A DNA stretch of 64,000 nt from Octopus vulgaris (GCA_951406725.2 OX597820.1:112096001-112160000), one strand, 5' to 3'; numbered from the stretch's first letter, positions 37,913 through 52,748 are shown. Notes: generated from the sequence alone by a model not told the origin. Numbers and translations are program-made.

Positions 37913-40900
37913 CTACATACATATACACATACTACACATACATACACATGTACATACATACGTACATACATAAGTACATCCTTACATACATACATCCATC
38001 CATACATACATATGTACATACGTATGTACATATGTATGTATGTATGTTTATACCTATATATATGTACACATATGTATATGTGTACATACATATACATGTA
38101 TGTACACATATACATATATTTCAGTAAATGCTTAAGGAAGCTGAGTTTTTCAGATAAAGAATCTACCAGCTAATATGCTCATTAAAAATATAATTTATAA
38201 GCTGAAGAGTAAATGCAAGACTTTTCTCAAGTTCAAAATGGGACATTGTTTTTTAGTGTCTGCATTTCAATGATAGCATTGTAACTTTGTTTGAATCCAG
38301 TTTCAGGAAACAACCAGTCGTCTGATAAAATTCCTGTGCTTTTATTAAGCTCAACTTTGTAGAGTTAGATTAAATATTATTTGGACCAACTCTACATTAA
38401 GGAGTGGAATGTACAATATTTGAATTCAGATCACTTCACGATCCCAGCAGCCAAAATGAAATAAAAAAGCACCATCTAATTATCAATCAATCAGGAGAAT
38501 GCACAAACTAGAAAGACTTTGTATTCAATAGGAAAGAGGATAGATAGTGGAATGTGAATACAAAGTCCTTCCCTGATAGGAAGAGCCAGACAGACTTTGA
38601 GACACAGTCTGGAGAAGTAAAGAAAGAAACTGAAAGGGTACTTGGCTGGGCATATGCTCAAGAAAATGCATGTGAAAGCATGTGATGAGAAAGAAGAGGA
38701 GAAGTTAAAGACTTACAAGCATAGAGAACAAATGAGATTTTCAACAAGATAATCTGCTTATGACAGTAGGTAGAATAAAGTTCTAGCCAAGCAGAACCAA
38801 GAATATTCCAGGAGAGAATGCCATAAAAGCTAAACAACACAACAGGAAAAACTAGAAGAAAATGAGCAAACAAGAACAATACAAGGTAGCTAAATGGAAA
38901 GCTAGACATCAGGTGTAACTCAGAGGAAAGCTGAAAGTAAGAGCTTTGCCTGATGTCCTACAATTAGAGGATTAAAGGTGCAACATATTCTGGGTTGCAA
39001 ATAAATGTGTCAGGGTGAATTAAGAAAGCATTGGCAAAAGTGTGTGCAGAATTTATAGTAGCTTACACTCATTGATGCTGAGGAAAAAAGGGGCCTAGAA
39101 ATGTTATTATAGGTGGTTGTTGAATGACAGGAATGCATAAGAGAGAGACACAGAGAATGGGTCTACACCAAGTTGACCTAGACCCCCAGGGGCACCTGCT
39201 GAGATTTTGAAAATATCTGGCATATGAGGACATGTGTTTGTCATGAGCTAGCCACACACACACACACATGCATGCATGCATGTACACACACATGCACAGA
39301 CAGACACGCACACAAACTAGCACAGACACACACACATGCACTCACTCACAGGCACACACCAACACGCATGTACACTCACACGTACATATGCATACACATG
39401 GGAACACACATACACACACACACACTTACACAGGCACACACATACACACATGTGTAACATTTGCATAAAACCAATGATTCACTCCAAGTTAGTGTAGAAT
39501 TATTCTGGCTGTTCCAGAGAGAACGAGGCAAAAAGATGATGCATAGAGATGATCCTGGGTATTGTACCCTGTATCTTGAGGAGGAGTTGAGATAGACTGG
39601 AGGTCCTCAAACAAGACATCTTCCTTTTAGATAACATCAACAAATACACATTATATCAGATTATATAGAGAAAATGATATATCTGCCCCTCACAATATGA
39701 GTGGCCACAGTGAAATGTAAGGCATCCCAGATCATAGCAACATGTTATATGCTACCTAGCACATCTGGGATTCTAGCTGTCTGCACTATACAATTGATAT
39801 AACCACTATCAATAAAAAATATTATAACTGTCTGGCTCCAGAATTGGTCATCAAAACTAAACTGACAAACGTCTTCATCAGAACAATGCTGCAGCAAATG
39901 GCTTCAGTGTGTCTTGTGTGTGACTGTGGCTTTGAACTGGTTGGTCACCCTCCCTATTCTCCTGATTTGGCTCCATCGGACAATCATCTGTTCTCCAACA
40001 GGAAAAAATAGTATCACAGTAATGATGATGTCATATCTACTATTGATGAATTTTTTCACTCACAGGATGAAAGCATCTTCACCAGGGAAATCCAAGCACT
40101 GCAACACTGATGGAAGATGTGAATGATGAGGGATTATGTTGAAAAGTAAATCTCATTTGGTCACATTCCATGAGAGTATCTTTGATCCTCTTAACCAATT
40201 TGAACCATCTCACTCAGATTCCCCAGGGTCTAAAGAGTTGAAACAAACCCAGTTTAGGATCACAGCCTAATTATATTGCTATAACATTGGTTTGACCAAT
40301 CAAATCATCTGGTGTATAACCAAATAAGCAGTAGACTTGAAAGAAATCATCATCATCATCATCATCATCATTTAACGTCCGTTTTCCATGCTAGCATGGG
40401 TTGGACGGTTCCACCGGGGTCTGGGAGGCCCGGACGCTGCATGAATTTTCCTGCAGTAGTCCTGCTGAAGGTTCTAGAAGCTTAACTGTTATAAAAAGTT
40501 GGGATTTTGAACTCCCGGACGGAATAACTTTAGGGGCTGCTATGTTGGTAGTTTTTGTGATAAAGTGTTCTCTCATTCTATTTATTCTTTCTTTAATAAC
40601 CATGAAAGATCTCCATATAAATAACTGAAATATCTTGTTGCAATGAAGATTCTTAACTATCACATTTGTGATCTCCTGTATGGTGATTTATTCAAATGAT
40701 TGTTAACTATGATTTAACAATAAAAACCATTAAATTGCTAATACCAACATGCCTATTAGCTAAAAATTAATTACCACACCCTCCCAATGAATACAGTCTC
40801 TACCTACAAAAACTGGTCACCTCCTACAAGTGCTTGAAATGAAAGGAAATAACCACCCTTTGATCACAGAAGCAACTTTTCTATAAACTAACAGACAACA

Positions 40901-41384
40901 GCACAACATTGGTTCTGTGTGGCTTCTATACATCCTAAGATTTGGTTGTTTCAGTAAATAACTATTGATTATCCTATCCTGAATAAGTTTCCAATGGTGT
41001 GCTCATAAGTTTATAATTATTGTTTTCCTAAATCCAAATAGCATCCTGTGATGCACTCCACCCCAGGCTTGCACCACACAAATCACAGCCACTTTGCTAC
41101 TTTCACATCTAATCTGATGGCCTTCTACCTACTGGCCCCTGTGATGCCAAGTATGCTGTAAGCCCCGTAGAAGGACAGGCCTGCAAATCCTTTGCATGCC
41201 ACCTCAATAAGATCACATCTTGCTTGCCCTCTGTTGCATTAGCAGAACCCTACTAGATCAGTATACTTCCTCCCCTTGCTTTTGTTAGTTTCCTCGATAT
41301 GACCCTCCTAGGGAACAGGGGACTGGAATATTGGAAATATTAGAAATATTAGAAAACTTATCACAATGATTCTAGCCAGAAATA

Positions 41385-42631
41385 TTAGGTGGTTTCACAT
41401 GAAGTGTCACATTTTTAATTACTTGTTATTTCAGTCATTTAAAAACTCAATTATGTATGCCTTGCATTTAACCTTTACTCTTTTTCTTTCCCAACAATAT
41501 TGGTATACAAAATTCGTACCCACAGACCTTATGAAAATGATAACAACCAAACTCTGTTGAGTGATTTTCTCGTATGTGTACAAACTGGGTCACTCTGCTG
41601 CAGAAGTTCTACAGAATATCAAGCAGGCCTTTGGCAATGGTTTTGTTGACATCAGAACTGTTCAGAGATGGTTCCAAAGCTCTTGTTCAGGAAATGATAG
41701 CTTTGAAAATAAACCAAGGGGTAGGCCAAAATCAGTTATTTGGCATGATGGATTAAATGTTTTGGTTGAACAAAATCTGAGAACAAAGGTTAGAAAACTT
41801 TCATCAGAACTCCAAACATCATGCACAACTGTTCTTGGACACCTGTAAAAAATTGGAAAAGTCAAGAAAACAGATAAGTTTGTTCCACATCAACTGAACA
41901 AGATTAAAAAAACACAGACACCTTGAAGTGTGCTCCTTATTGCTTTCTTGACTGGAAAAAGACCAATTTTGCAAACAAATCATTACTTGTGATGAGAAAT
42001 GGATACTCTTTGACAACAGCAGGAGAACAGGGCATTGATTAGATGCAGGAGAGTCACTTAAACACTGCCTAAACCCACCATTGCACCCTAAAAAATTAGT
42101 GGCCACTGTATGGTGATCTGTGAAGGGAGTTATTCATTATTCATTTTTGCAACAAGGAAAAACAGTAACAGCAACATCGTATTGCCAGGAAATTGATTGT
42201 ATGCATGAGAATTTGAAAAAGAAGCAACTCAGACTAGTAAATAGAAATGGCCCAATTTTTCTGCATGACATTGCACATCCCCACATTCCTCTAGCTATGG
42301 TCCAAAAGTTGCAAAACCTGAATCATGAGATTTTGCAACATCCTCCCTATTCCCCTAATATCTCTCCTACTGAATATCACTTATTTAAGCATTTTGAGCT
42401 TTTCATAAGCAATAAAACATTCTTAGAGAAGAGGTAATTGAAGCATTCAGACAGTTTATCACAGCAAAAGATGGATTTTTAAAAAAATAGAATATATGAC
42501 ATGGGGAAATGTTGGGTAAACATCATAAATGAGTATGGATCATACTTTGATTAAAAAAGTCAGTTCGCTAACACTTCTGAAATGTTTTATTGTTATCTTT
42601 CAAATACAACATTTCATGTGAAACAACCTAA
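41385..42631 (+). mobile_element. Near full-length mariner (DD34D) transposon, transposase pseudogenised
   Basis: TA duplications at 41383-84 and 42632-33. TIRs TTAGGTGGTTTCACATGAA and TTCATGTGAAACAACCTAA. Motifs RTVQRWF, PRGRP, FVPHQL, TCDEKW, FLHDIAHPH and HPPYSPNISPTEYHLF are split by frameshifts. Confidence 0.92.
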
Positions 42632-43529
42632 TATAAATTTTAAATTAGAGAAACGTTACAAAGTACAAAAGAAATTATTAGAGATATTCTGCTAAGTAAA
42701 CCTAACAATAATGTGTTACTGGTATTTGGGGTTAAAATGGTAAAACAACATATTATGTAACATACCATAAGCCTATATGCAAAGGTGGGCACTGTTAATC
42801 AAAAAGTTAACTTCCTTAATCATTAATCCAATCAACCAAAACATTAATTTTGTTGATCATTAATCCGTTAATTCTTTGAAAATACAGAAGTTAACATTAA
42901 TCCGTTAATGTTAATTTTTGTTGAAAAATGGCATAACTACAGTTTAATACCCTAGTGACTTTTTTGCCTCATAACTTCCAGAAAAAAGGATACTTTTAAA
43001 CAAAACTTTCACCAAATAATTGCTTATATCCTATAGATTGAGTGTATGTAAAGATTTGTGGGAAAAATTTTCTGAGGGATTAGGGAGAGGAGTTTCGGAA
43101 AATTCACAGGACCTGACGTTTTCCCCTTCATAACTTTCTGGAAAATAGGTATTTTTAATGAAATTTTATACAAATGCCTTTCAAACGGTGTAGATTATGA
43201 TTACAAAGGAATTTACAAAAGTTTTGGAAGGGGGCAGGGGGGAGTTTCTGGAAAATGGAATTTCAGATCAGATGGCCCACATAAGTTGAAATTTCTCCAT
43301 TTTGAAGGGGATTTTTTTTCTAATGCTTTTCACCAAAGTCTTCAGAATGAAGGGCGACATCTTTTCACGGAAAAAAAGAAAAAAATTTTGAAAATTTTTC
43401 TTTACTCCCGCACCCCTTCACCACCCCAATCCGAAACAATTTTGGCCATTTTTTTTTTTTCAGTATACACTTAAAACCTGTAAGAGAAACATTTTTGGTT
43501 TTAAAAAAAATTGTTAATAAGCAATGATT

Positions 43530-45362
43530 TACAGGCAGTAAGCAATGTTGTAGTGCTCCTTCTAAAACTCACAAAGGGTTAGATATGTATTTTCAGTGAC
43601 TTCAAAGAATTGATGAAACAAGTGTTCACTGTACAATTTCTTAAAATTAGAAATCACCTCTTAATCCATGGGCTGCAAGATAGGGTGGTGTTGCATGAAA
43701 AGTACAGAACTTTTATGAATTTTAATTTGTCAAGGATATCATCTTCGAAGTTAAGAGGGTGAGCAGTAGCATTGTCGGGGATGAAGAGGGCCATGAGAGG
43801 AAGATTGTTTTTCAGAAGGTATTTTTTCACTGCTGGTCCGAAGACAATGTCGACTCACTTGGTGAAGAATTGCCTGGTGACCCAGGCTTTAACGTTTGCC
43901 CTCCACATGACCTGCAGCTTCTCCTTCAGGATTTTGTGTGACAAAATTGTGAAGGTAACAGAAACGTGTGTTAGTCAGAAAATATATACAGTTCACGGCT
44001 TGGACTTACTGTAACAAATTATAGCAGGTGCCAGCAAAGTTGGTAACATGAATGTTAATTTCCTTGTAGGCTGTGGCAATAGTTGCGGAACAAGTTGCCA
44101 TGATAAAGTAGGAGAATGATGGTGGTCTGAAATCTATTAAGCAGGAGTCATTGTAGCAATGGTGATAAGAAATCGGCTTAGGCAGACATCATTAGAATGA
44201 CGGTAACTGCATGTGGTCTGTGCTTTAGTCAGAAGAGAGACTCATGCTCCTTGGTGTTCAAAATGGCGAGAGAGAGAAAGAGCTGAAAAGCCCCAGAAGA
44301 TATAGGATTTGGCTGCCACGCCACTTGACGGCGTTTACCCTTGAAGGGGTGTAATTCAGCTATCTTTGCTATGCTACAGGTATAAAGGGCAAGAGTTAGC
44401 CTATCTTTCAAAGGCTTGTGGCCTGGAATTTTCTTCTCAACAGTTATGTGGGTTCTTCTTGGCATCTTTTCCCAAGAAAGGCCCGTTTCATCACAGTTGA
44501 ATACCTGTTGTGCAATGTACCCCTCGGCTGTGATGAGCTGATGGAATTCATGCATGAAATCCTCAGCTGCTTTCGTGTCAGAACTTGCTGCTTCTCCTTA
44601 TCTGACGACACTATGAACACATGTCCTCTTCTCGAAATTTTCAAACCAGCTGCAACTGGCCTTAAATGCATCTGCTGATATCTCTTCTGCTGATGTTCCA
44701 GGGTTCTGCTTCAGGAGATCCCCATACTGTACTTATGTGCTTTCTCACAGATGATGGTCTCTGTCATGGTATCCCTCGCGAGTTGCTTCTTGTTGATCCA
44801 CAGGAGAAGCAATTTTTCCATCTCTTCGTGGACAGATGTGCATTGCTTGGAAAGCCTGGAGACAACCTTTGGCTGTTGTAATGGCCTTGATCTCATCTTT
44901 TTTCTTCAGGATGGTGCAGATCACCGATGCTTCAGCCGTATTGATGTGCTATGTCCACTATACACACTCCTCTCTCATGTTTATCAACGATTTCCTTCTT
45001 CAGTTCTATTGCAATGAGCTTTTTCTTCTCAGTACTGCCCTTTGCACAAACCTTCTTAGGACCCATGGCTAATGCAACTAATTATTATAGAATAATAGCA
45101 AAAGAGCACAAAACTAAAACAAAAACACTGGGGAAAAACACAATAGGGATGCTGCCACAATAAGATAAACACGTAAAATGAGCAAGCAGAGGCTGTGCTT
45201 GTTGAGAGAGTGTGTTGCAAGCTCAGTGCCAACTAGCAATCACTTGTATGAAACTCACTCGTACTGTGGATTTCCACTCATACTTCATGACACAAATTTG
45301 CATGATCCTTGGCTTGTTCAGCAAATTACTCATTCTATGGTGCACTCATACTGTGAGGTTCT

Positions 45363-45366
<4 letters not shown>
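43530..45366 (-). mobile_element. pogo/Tigger-like transposon, decayed and interrupted
   Basis: ATG at 45066 starts MGPKKV...IELKKEIVDKHERG (psq HTH), followed by EMEKLLLLWINKKQLA (CENP-B HTH), QVFNCDETGL.W.KMP.RT...GHKPLKDRLT and WRANVKAWVT...DNATAHP. An AGTAGAACCTC TIR-like end lies near 45366. Confidence 0.85.
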
Positions 45367-45397
<31 letters not shown>

Positions 45398-45812
45398 CAT
45401 CATCATCATTTAACGCCTACCTTCCATGCTGGCATGGCTGGGACAGTTTGACAGGAGCTGGCCAAACAGAAGCCTACACCAGACTTCTGTGACTGTTTTG
45501 GCAGGATTTTTACAGCTGGATGCCCTTCCTAACATCAACCACCCAGCAGAGTGGACTTAGTGCTTTTTACATTGCACAAGCACAGGTGAGGTCAGTTTTG
45601 GCAAAGTTTTTATGGCTGGATACTCTTCCAAATGCCAAGCACTTTACAGTGTGGATTGGATGCTTTTTAAGTGGCACCTGCATTGACAGGGCCACCAAAT
45701 AACTTGCAAGACTAAAATCTTTTGAGAGAGGAGAGGGCACTGGAGGAGGTGATTTAGTGTCAGATGATGAAAGGTTATAGTAAGACAGAGAGACAGAAAC
45801 AGGTGTTTTGTT

Positions 45813-45845
<33 letters not shown>

Positions 45846-46145
45846 AAGAATGAGGACAGTAACAGGTATGCATTCATAAAGGAGATACATGGTTACCCAA
45901 CCTGAGGGAAGAGCAAGGGAAAGAGAGAGAGTGGGAGGCAGCAGGATAGAGATGGTGGCAAAGTGCCAAGCATACTCACAAGGGACTGGTATCAAAATAT
46001 AAGTGGGATGGTTGACTAAACGAAGAGAGAAATAAGGATGGTGGCAAGTGCCAGGACATACCCTTCAGGTTTGAAGCTCATAATATAAGTGGCAGGATAT
46101 TACCTAGAGATCTGTACAAATCAAATTTATATATATAAAAGATGA

Positions 46146-46375
46146 AGCGGCGAGCTGGCAGACACGTTAGCGCACTGGGCGAAATGCTTAGTGGTATTTC
46201 GTCTGCTGTTACGTTCTGAGTTCAAATTCCGCCGAGGTCGACTTTGCCTTTCATCCTTTCGGGGTCGATAAATAAAGTACCAGTTTCGCACTGGGGTCGA
46301 TGTAATCGACTTAATCCCTTTGTCTGTCCTTGTTTGTCCCCTCTATATTTAGCCCCTTCTGGGCAATAAAGAAAT
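46146..46375 (+). mobile_element. tRNA-derived SINE, family B (Deu/Nin-domain-like core)
   Basis: GGCGAGCTGGCAGA head, GAGTTCAAATTCC B box and core GTCGACTTTGCCTTTCATCCTTTCGGGGTCGATAAA..AGTACC. Copies at ~36540-36765(-), 50970-51133(-), 54830-55000(-) and 55025-55210(+). Confidence 0.8.
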
Positions 46376-46415
46376 ATATATATATATAAAGATGGAAGTG
46401 GAGATAGCACAAAAG

Positions 46416-46687
46416 TAAGTCTAAGATATTTCAATTTAAGGGAATTTAATAAAAATGAATTTAAAATTTATATAAATAAAATATTACTGGCTTCAATGAA
46501 TCTCATTTTATCAAATATCAGTAAAAATTTATAAAATTTAGTAGATAAACTGTTTTTACTTCTAATTTTTATAAATTTTTACTGATATTTAATAAGATGA
46601 GATTCATTGAAACTGGTAATATTTTCTTTATATAAATTTTAAATTCATTTTTATTAAATTCCCTTAAATTGAAATGTCTTAGACTTA
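46416..46687. repeat. AT-rich long inverted repeat (~130-bp arms)
   Basis: TAAGTCTAAGATATTTCAATTTAAGGGAATTT... vs ...AAATTCCCTTAAATTGAAATGTCTTAGACTTA. Arms contain a degenerate CTGATA...GAAACTGGTA motif. Confidence 0.85.
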
Positions 46688-47869
46688 TTTTGGATCTTTT
46701 CGCTTTGACCGGCAGATTTTTAAAATAATTTCTTTGTAACTAAACACTTTTAAACTTCGTATACTGGTAGAATGTGTTTATAACACATATTTTTCTCTTG
46801 GCTTTCTTGAGAAAATTCTGTAGTTTGTAAGATATTTGTTGTTTCATTTCTTGCCTTTCGGTGATTATCACATACACTCTTCTTCCGCTTGTTTTTGTAC
46901 AAGTGCATTATAAATTCATCTTAGAACTGTTGAGGAACAGATCCAGTTTCCCAGATGAAACAGGTCAATTTGCACAGCTTTCTTACAAGTTGTTTACCAC
47001 CATGCTTGTACACTTCTATGGGAATATTGTCTTGTCCAGGAGCTTCACCATTGGAAAGTTTTTTAATAGTAGCATTTATCTCTTCCAAGGAAGGTTCTTC
47101 TGCAAGTTCCTTAATTATAGGCTGTAGGAGGATTTCACTGATTACTTCAGGATACTTGATTTAATATAGTGATTCTTGATTCAATACAAATTTAAAGTGT
47201 TCAGCCTATTTTTTTCAGAATTCCAAGCAAGTAGATAAATATAAAAACACCTGGAATCCTCCCTAATCTGGTAAGTGACACATGCTTGACTTTGTTATAA
47301 CTAAAAACAAGGATTGCAGTGATTTCAGATTAACCAGAACTCACAAAACTTCCAAGTGTTACTCAAATCACAGAATGGTTCAGAGGGATTTGTTAAACTA
47401 TATACAAAAAGGTCTCTGAAATCCAGTATACATCCAAGACTAAACATCTCTTCTTTAAAAATGGAAAACAGAGGAAAGCAATGATCCTGAAGTTTTGTGA
47501 CAACATCAAATCATCTGCCAAAGAAGTTCTAGGCTTTGTCAAACGCAAGGTACCAAGATTGGTTTGATGAGAATGTTTCTCAAATTAAACCTCTCCTAGA
47601 AACCATGCACAAAAGAACAAGGTAGGGATTTCAGACTAAAACTCACCAACGCTCAGATCCCTATATGTCTCCTCTAAGAAAACTACACAGAAAAAACTGC
47701 AAGAGATTAAAAATTCTTGGTTGGCGAAACAGTTTGTTAACTCTCACAACTTGCGAGCCTTGTATTTGGCCAAAAAGAAGGGTGGTACAGAACCAATTCT
47801 TTCTAATGATGGAACAAAACTCTTAAGTAGCAAAAATGAAACATATATATAATATATAACATCATTTAT

Positions 47870-49320
47870 ATATAGTGACTCTGCAAAGAAAGAGGCTTGG
47901 AAGTGCCACTATGAAAGGCTACTAAATGTAAAGAATGCATAGGAGAAGGAGAGTCTGCCGACTGTGGATTTAACAGAGGGATCAGTAATCCAAATAGACA
48001 GTAGCATGGTATATAAAGCCATGAAGGATATTCTGGCACATCGAGAATCACTGCTGAAATGCTTAAAAATCTGGCAGTGTTAGGTATGGTCTAGTTACCT
48101 ATATAGTATACTAGATATCACTGTTGCCATCAGTGATATAAGGTTGAACAATCAGGTTGTACACAAGGGAGTCATACCCAATGACTGGTGTTGCAGCATC
48201 ATAGTCAACTGCTACAAAGGTAAAGGTGATGCCTTCGATAGAAATAATTGCAGAGTTATCAAACTGTTAGATGAGGCGATGAAAGTTATAGAGGGGGTCA
48301 TGGCCCAACTAATTAAGAAGAGAGTAAGTCTAGATGAGATGCAGTTTGGTTTTGTGCCAGGGAGAAGCACCACTGATGCTATATTTCTGGTAGGGTAGCT
48401 GCTGGAGAAGTGTCTAGCCAAAGATAAACCTTTGTACTTGGCTTTTGTTGACATGGAGAAAGCCTTTGACAGGGTTCCCTGATCCCTTATCTGGTGGTCA
48501 CTGCGGAAACTAGAGATAGATGAGTGGTGTTGAGCATCCCATGTACAGGGATGCTGTCAGTAAGGTGAGTGTTGACAATGAGTATTCAGGGCACAAGTAG
48601 GTGTTCACTAAGGATCAGGCCATAACAGAGGAAGTTAAGACAGGATACCCCTGGGAGCTCCTCTATGCTAATGACCTTGTTCTTACAGCCAAATCACTTC
48701 TAGAACAAGAGAAGAAATTTCTGGTGTGGAAACAAGGTCTAGAATTGAAGGACCTTAGAGTTAATCTAGCAAAAATTCAAAGTCTTAGTAAGTAGGAAAG
48801 CAGACAAATCACAAATCCTTTCAGGTAGATGGCCCTGCTCAATCTGCAGAAAAGGCATAAGTAGAAACTCCATAAGATGTACCCAGTGTAAGCTATGGAT
48901 ACATAAGAGGTGCAGCAATATCAGAAGAAGGTTAACAGGGAAAATAGTTTTTGTGTATGTAAGGTGAACAGGTACAATTAAACACTACAAATGTACAGAA
49001 AACAGACTCCATCAAATGCCAGGTGGGTAAGCTAGAGGTAGTTGATAGTTTCTGTTATCTAGGTGATTAAGTCAGTAGTGGACGTGGATTCTCTGAGAGT
49101 GTAGCTATGAGAATAAGAATAGGCTGGGCTAAGTTCAGAGGGCTCCTATCTCTGTTGATAACAAAGGACCTCTCCCTCAGAATAAAAGGCAGGCTGTATG
49201 ATGCCTGTGTGTGAACAGCTATACTATGTGGCAGTGAAACATGGGCTGTGACTGCCATAGGCTTGAAAGAAATGAAGTTAGAATGCTTCACAGAACGTGA
49301 AATTTCAGTGTGCATCTACA
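47870..49320 (+). mobile_element. Decayed RTE-clade LINE, RT region
   Basis: Remnants IPNDWCCSIIVNCYKGKGD, QFGFVPGRSTTDAIF, LAFVDMEKAFDRVP, PWELLYANDLVL and FCYLG. Confidence 0.85.
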
Positions 49321-52300
49321 ACAGAGTGTTAAACAAGTGAGGTAACAAATTGTATGATGCTTATGTCACAATAAAGACTCCTAATGAAACAATTGTAGCA
49401 ATAACAGACAACACATTTGTTTCCACTCATTGTTGAATAATTCTGGATACTTTAGAATACAATCAGAATTCTAAATTACCTAACAACAGTGAACCTCTTT
49501 CATTGATGCATTCTTCTAAGAATGGATTACTTAGCTGTCTGTTTTGCATAATTCTGTCTGGCTAATTTGTGACATGCTTCATTTTGATTTGTCTTGATCC
49601 TTTAAAACTATATATATTCATATGTGTATGTAGTATTTTACTATTCTTAGACATTTTCCAGTTATTATACTATCACCTGGGTTACCTCTTTTTGATGTTG
49701 TTTCCTTGACTCTTTTAAGTATATGAACAATGAGACTACTTAGTGTGCTTACTCTTTCGTTTTATCCCTCTCTAACCATTTTGCATCTTTCTCTTCTCCA
49801 CAGTTTTCATCACTTTATCTATCTTCTTTACTGTCCGTAATATTTTGTTCTATCTCTCACAGTTGAAATTTTCTTTGTAACAATTCAATACAAGCTTATC
49901 CCCTTAATTTATGACAGTCTGTGCTATAGAACACATATTTAACCTTCTAAATCAGGCAACTGTCTGAATATACAGACTGATTAATGAAATTAACATATAA
50001 AACGATCTGGTCAAAAGATACTCTAAAACTGCCATTCTTACCATTTCTCTTGCATTTCCAAGAAAGACTCCTTACATCAATGGATTCAATGTTTCCCATC
50101 AAATCAGTCATATATCTGTAAGTAGGCAAATTCGTCTAATTTATTTTTGCATTTATTTGTTTACCAGGCCTATGTCTAGATGATTATGGGTTTTTCACTA
50201 TATAATCTATATTATATAATTGATATAACAACCAATGCTGTCTTCCATGTTTACCAACTTATTATATGATTTGTCACCTATATGTTGAAACAACTGTAAA
50301 CTGTGGAATATATGTGATATCAACAATTCCTTCCTTCATTTGTTTTATACATTTATGTTTGTGCATGTGTGTACAATGGTCTTCTTTCAGTTTCCATCTA
50401 CCAAATCCGCTCACAAGACTTTGGTCAGCCCAGGGTCATAGTAGGAAACAGTTGCCCAAGTTATTGCCCATGAAACAACATTGTTGCCAAGTAAACTTCT
50501 TAAGCACACAGCCACACCTGCAGTTAGCCATTAATGTAGCAAAAGCCAGTCTAAAGACCCAGGCCCCGTCTTGTCATATTGCTAATAGTGAATATGTTGC
50601 TTATACTCAGCGGACAGGCATGAATGTCACACATTTTCACTCCCTGTGTATAACTCTTTTGTACTTTGTAATTCTTTTTAATCTTTTATTCCAAATAATA
50701 TATTGATTTCTTACTTAGGCAAAATATCACAAATTTATAAGTAAAGGAGAATGGCGGAATTCAGGCTTTTCTCAAAATCATTAGTGAAGTAAATAAACTT
50801 GAATTAGTTTCAGAAATCAAAATCAAGTCACAGACTTCAGTTATTCTATCCTTATCTGGTGTTCAGTAGTGTGCGTCACATATATAAATGTTTTATAAAA
50901 GCATCTAAGGAGATGGAGTGGTGAGGATGCTAGAGCAGTGTTGTCATATAAGGACGGTTATTTGTTTCCAGTTTACATCGACCCCAGTGCGTAACTGGTA
51001 CTTAATTTATCGATCCTGAAAGGACGAAAGGCAAAGTCGACCTCGGCGGAATTTGAACTCAGAACGTAACGGCAGACGAAATAAGGTTACGCATTTCGCC
51101 TGGCGCACTAACGGTTCTGCCAGCTCGCCGCCCTTTAATGTACTAATATATTTGATATATTAAATAAACAACCAAGAAATTTTAAGTAAAATTACTCTTT
51201 TTGTAATGTAAACAATAATTTTCTACAAGACGAGGGGAGACAACTTCGATATTTTAAATTGAAATTAAATATTGTCTACCGCGTTGGTGGAGTAATCCCA
51301 TATTCGCATAAAAACGGAAATTGGATTGTAGAAATTGTAGTTGAGACACAGACATAACTGTGTGATTGGAAAGTTTGTTTCTCAACCTCGTAGTTTTGGG
51401 TTCAGTTGTACTGCAAAGCACCTTGGACGAGTGCTTTCTACTACAGTCTGGGGTCGACCAAAGCCTTTTAAGGAGATTTGACAGACGAAACTAAAAAAAA
51501 AACCCCTGTATTACGTGTGCGCGCGCGCGTATTTGCATGAAGACAGGTCTTTGCCTCTGTGCGTGTGATGATAGATGTAAACGAGCATCACCCTCATAGA
51601 TGCAGTGTCCTTCGTTTCCGAACTTCCGCAGAAACATGTCCAGTCATATAAGAATATTACCTTACTTGGAAACACGTGACAATTGGCGACAGGAAGGGTA
51701 TCTGGCTGTAGAAAAATCTACCTCAATGAATTCCGTCTGAACCATGCTAACGTTGAAAAGTGGACGTTAAAACAATGGTAAAGATGATGGAGCACCGATG
51801 ATTGTTTCTTATTATGTTCCAAAGTTGGAGATAAGACAAGTATGTAATTAAGGCGGAGACTACTGAAAATATATCACAAAGCAAATTGGCTTTGGTCAAA
51901 TGTGAAAGGATTGGTAACAAGGCAGGTAAGAAATGAGATATACCTTAAAATAAAGTCTTTGATTTATATAGGCACGAGTATGGCTGTGTAGTAAGGAGTT
52001 TGCTTTCCAACCTAATTGTCTTGGGTTCAGTGGTATATTGGGTGTTTTCTACTTTAGCCCCAGGCTTTAGCGGATTTAAGTGATGGAAACTAAAAGAAGC
52101 CTGTCATATATAGATAGATAAATAGATATACATACATACACACATATGTATGTATGTATGTGTGTGTACATTTATATGTATATGTATGTATGTATGTATG
52201 GATGGATGGATGTGCGTGTGCCCCCCCCTCCCTCTGCGACTGGTCTTGGTTTGTTTATGTCACTGTAACTTAGTTTGGCAAAAGGACCCAACAGAATAAG

Positions 52301-52569
52301 TACCCTGTTTAAAAAAATGGGTGCTGGGTTGATTTATTCGATTGGGACCCTTCAAAGCAGTATCCCAACATACTTACAGACTAATGATTGAAATAAGTAA
52401 AAGGTAAGACTGGTATTAATGTAACTGGCCCTGGACTGGTATAAAGACCATTACAAGGTGGTAGTGTGGTGGTAGATTTTCAAATTTAAATTTTACAATT
52501 TTTTTCATAACTTGGTTGTTGTTTTGAGTTAAGAATGTTTTATGTAGTCAATCAGAACTAGAAATTTTG

Positions 52570-52644
52570 ATAGAAAAATTTATTGATACTCAGACTTCAT
52601 AATTTATGATATATATCTTGCAAACCGAATCCAAAAATTATATA

Positions 52645-52684
<40 letters not shown>

Positions 52685-52745
52685 TGGATTCGGTTTGCAA
52701 GATATATATCATAAATTATGAAGTCTGAGTATCAATAAATTTTTC

Positions 52746-52748
<3 letters not shown>
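52570..52748. repeat. Perfect palindrome with 71-bp arms around a (TA)n core
   Basis: 52570-52640 is the exact reverse complement of 52678-52748. Confidence 0.92.
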
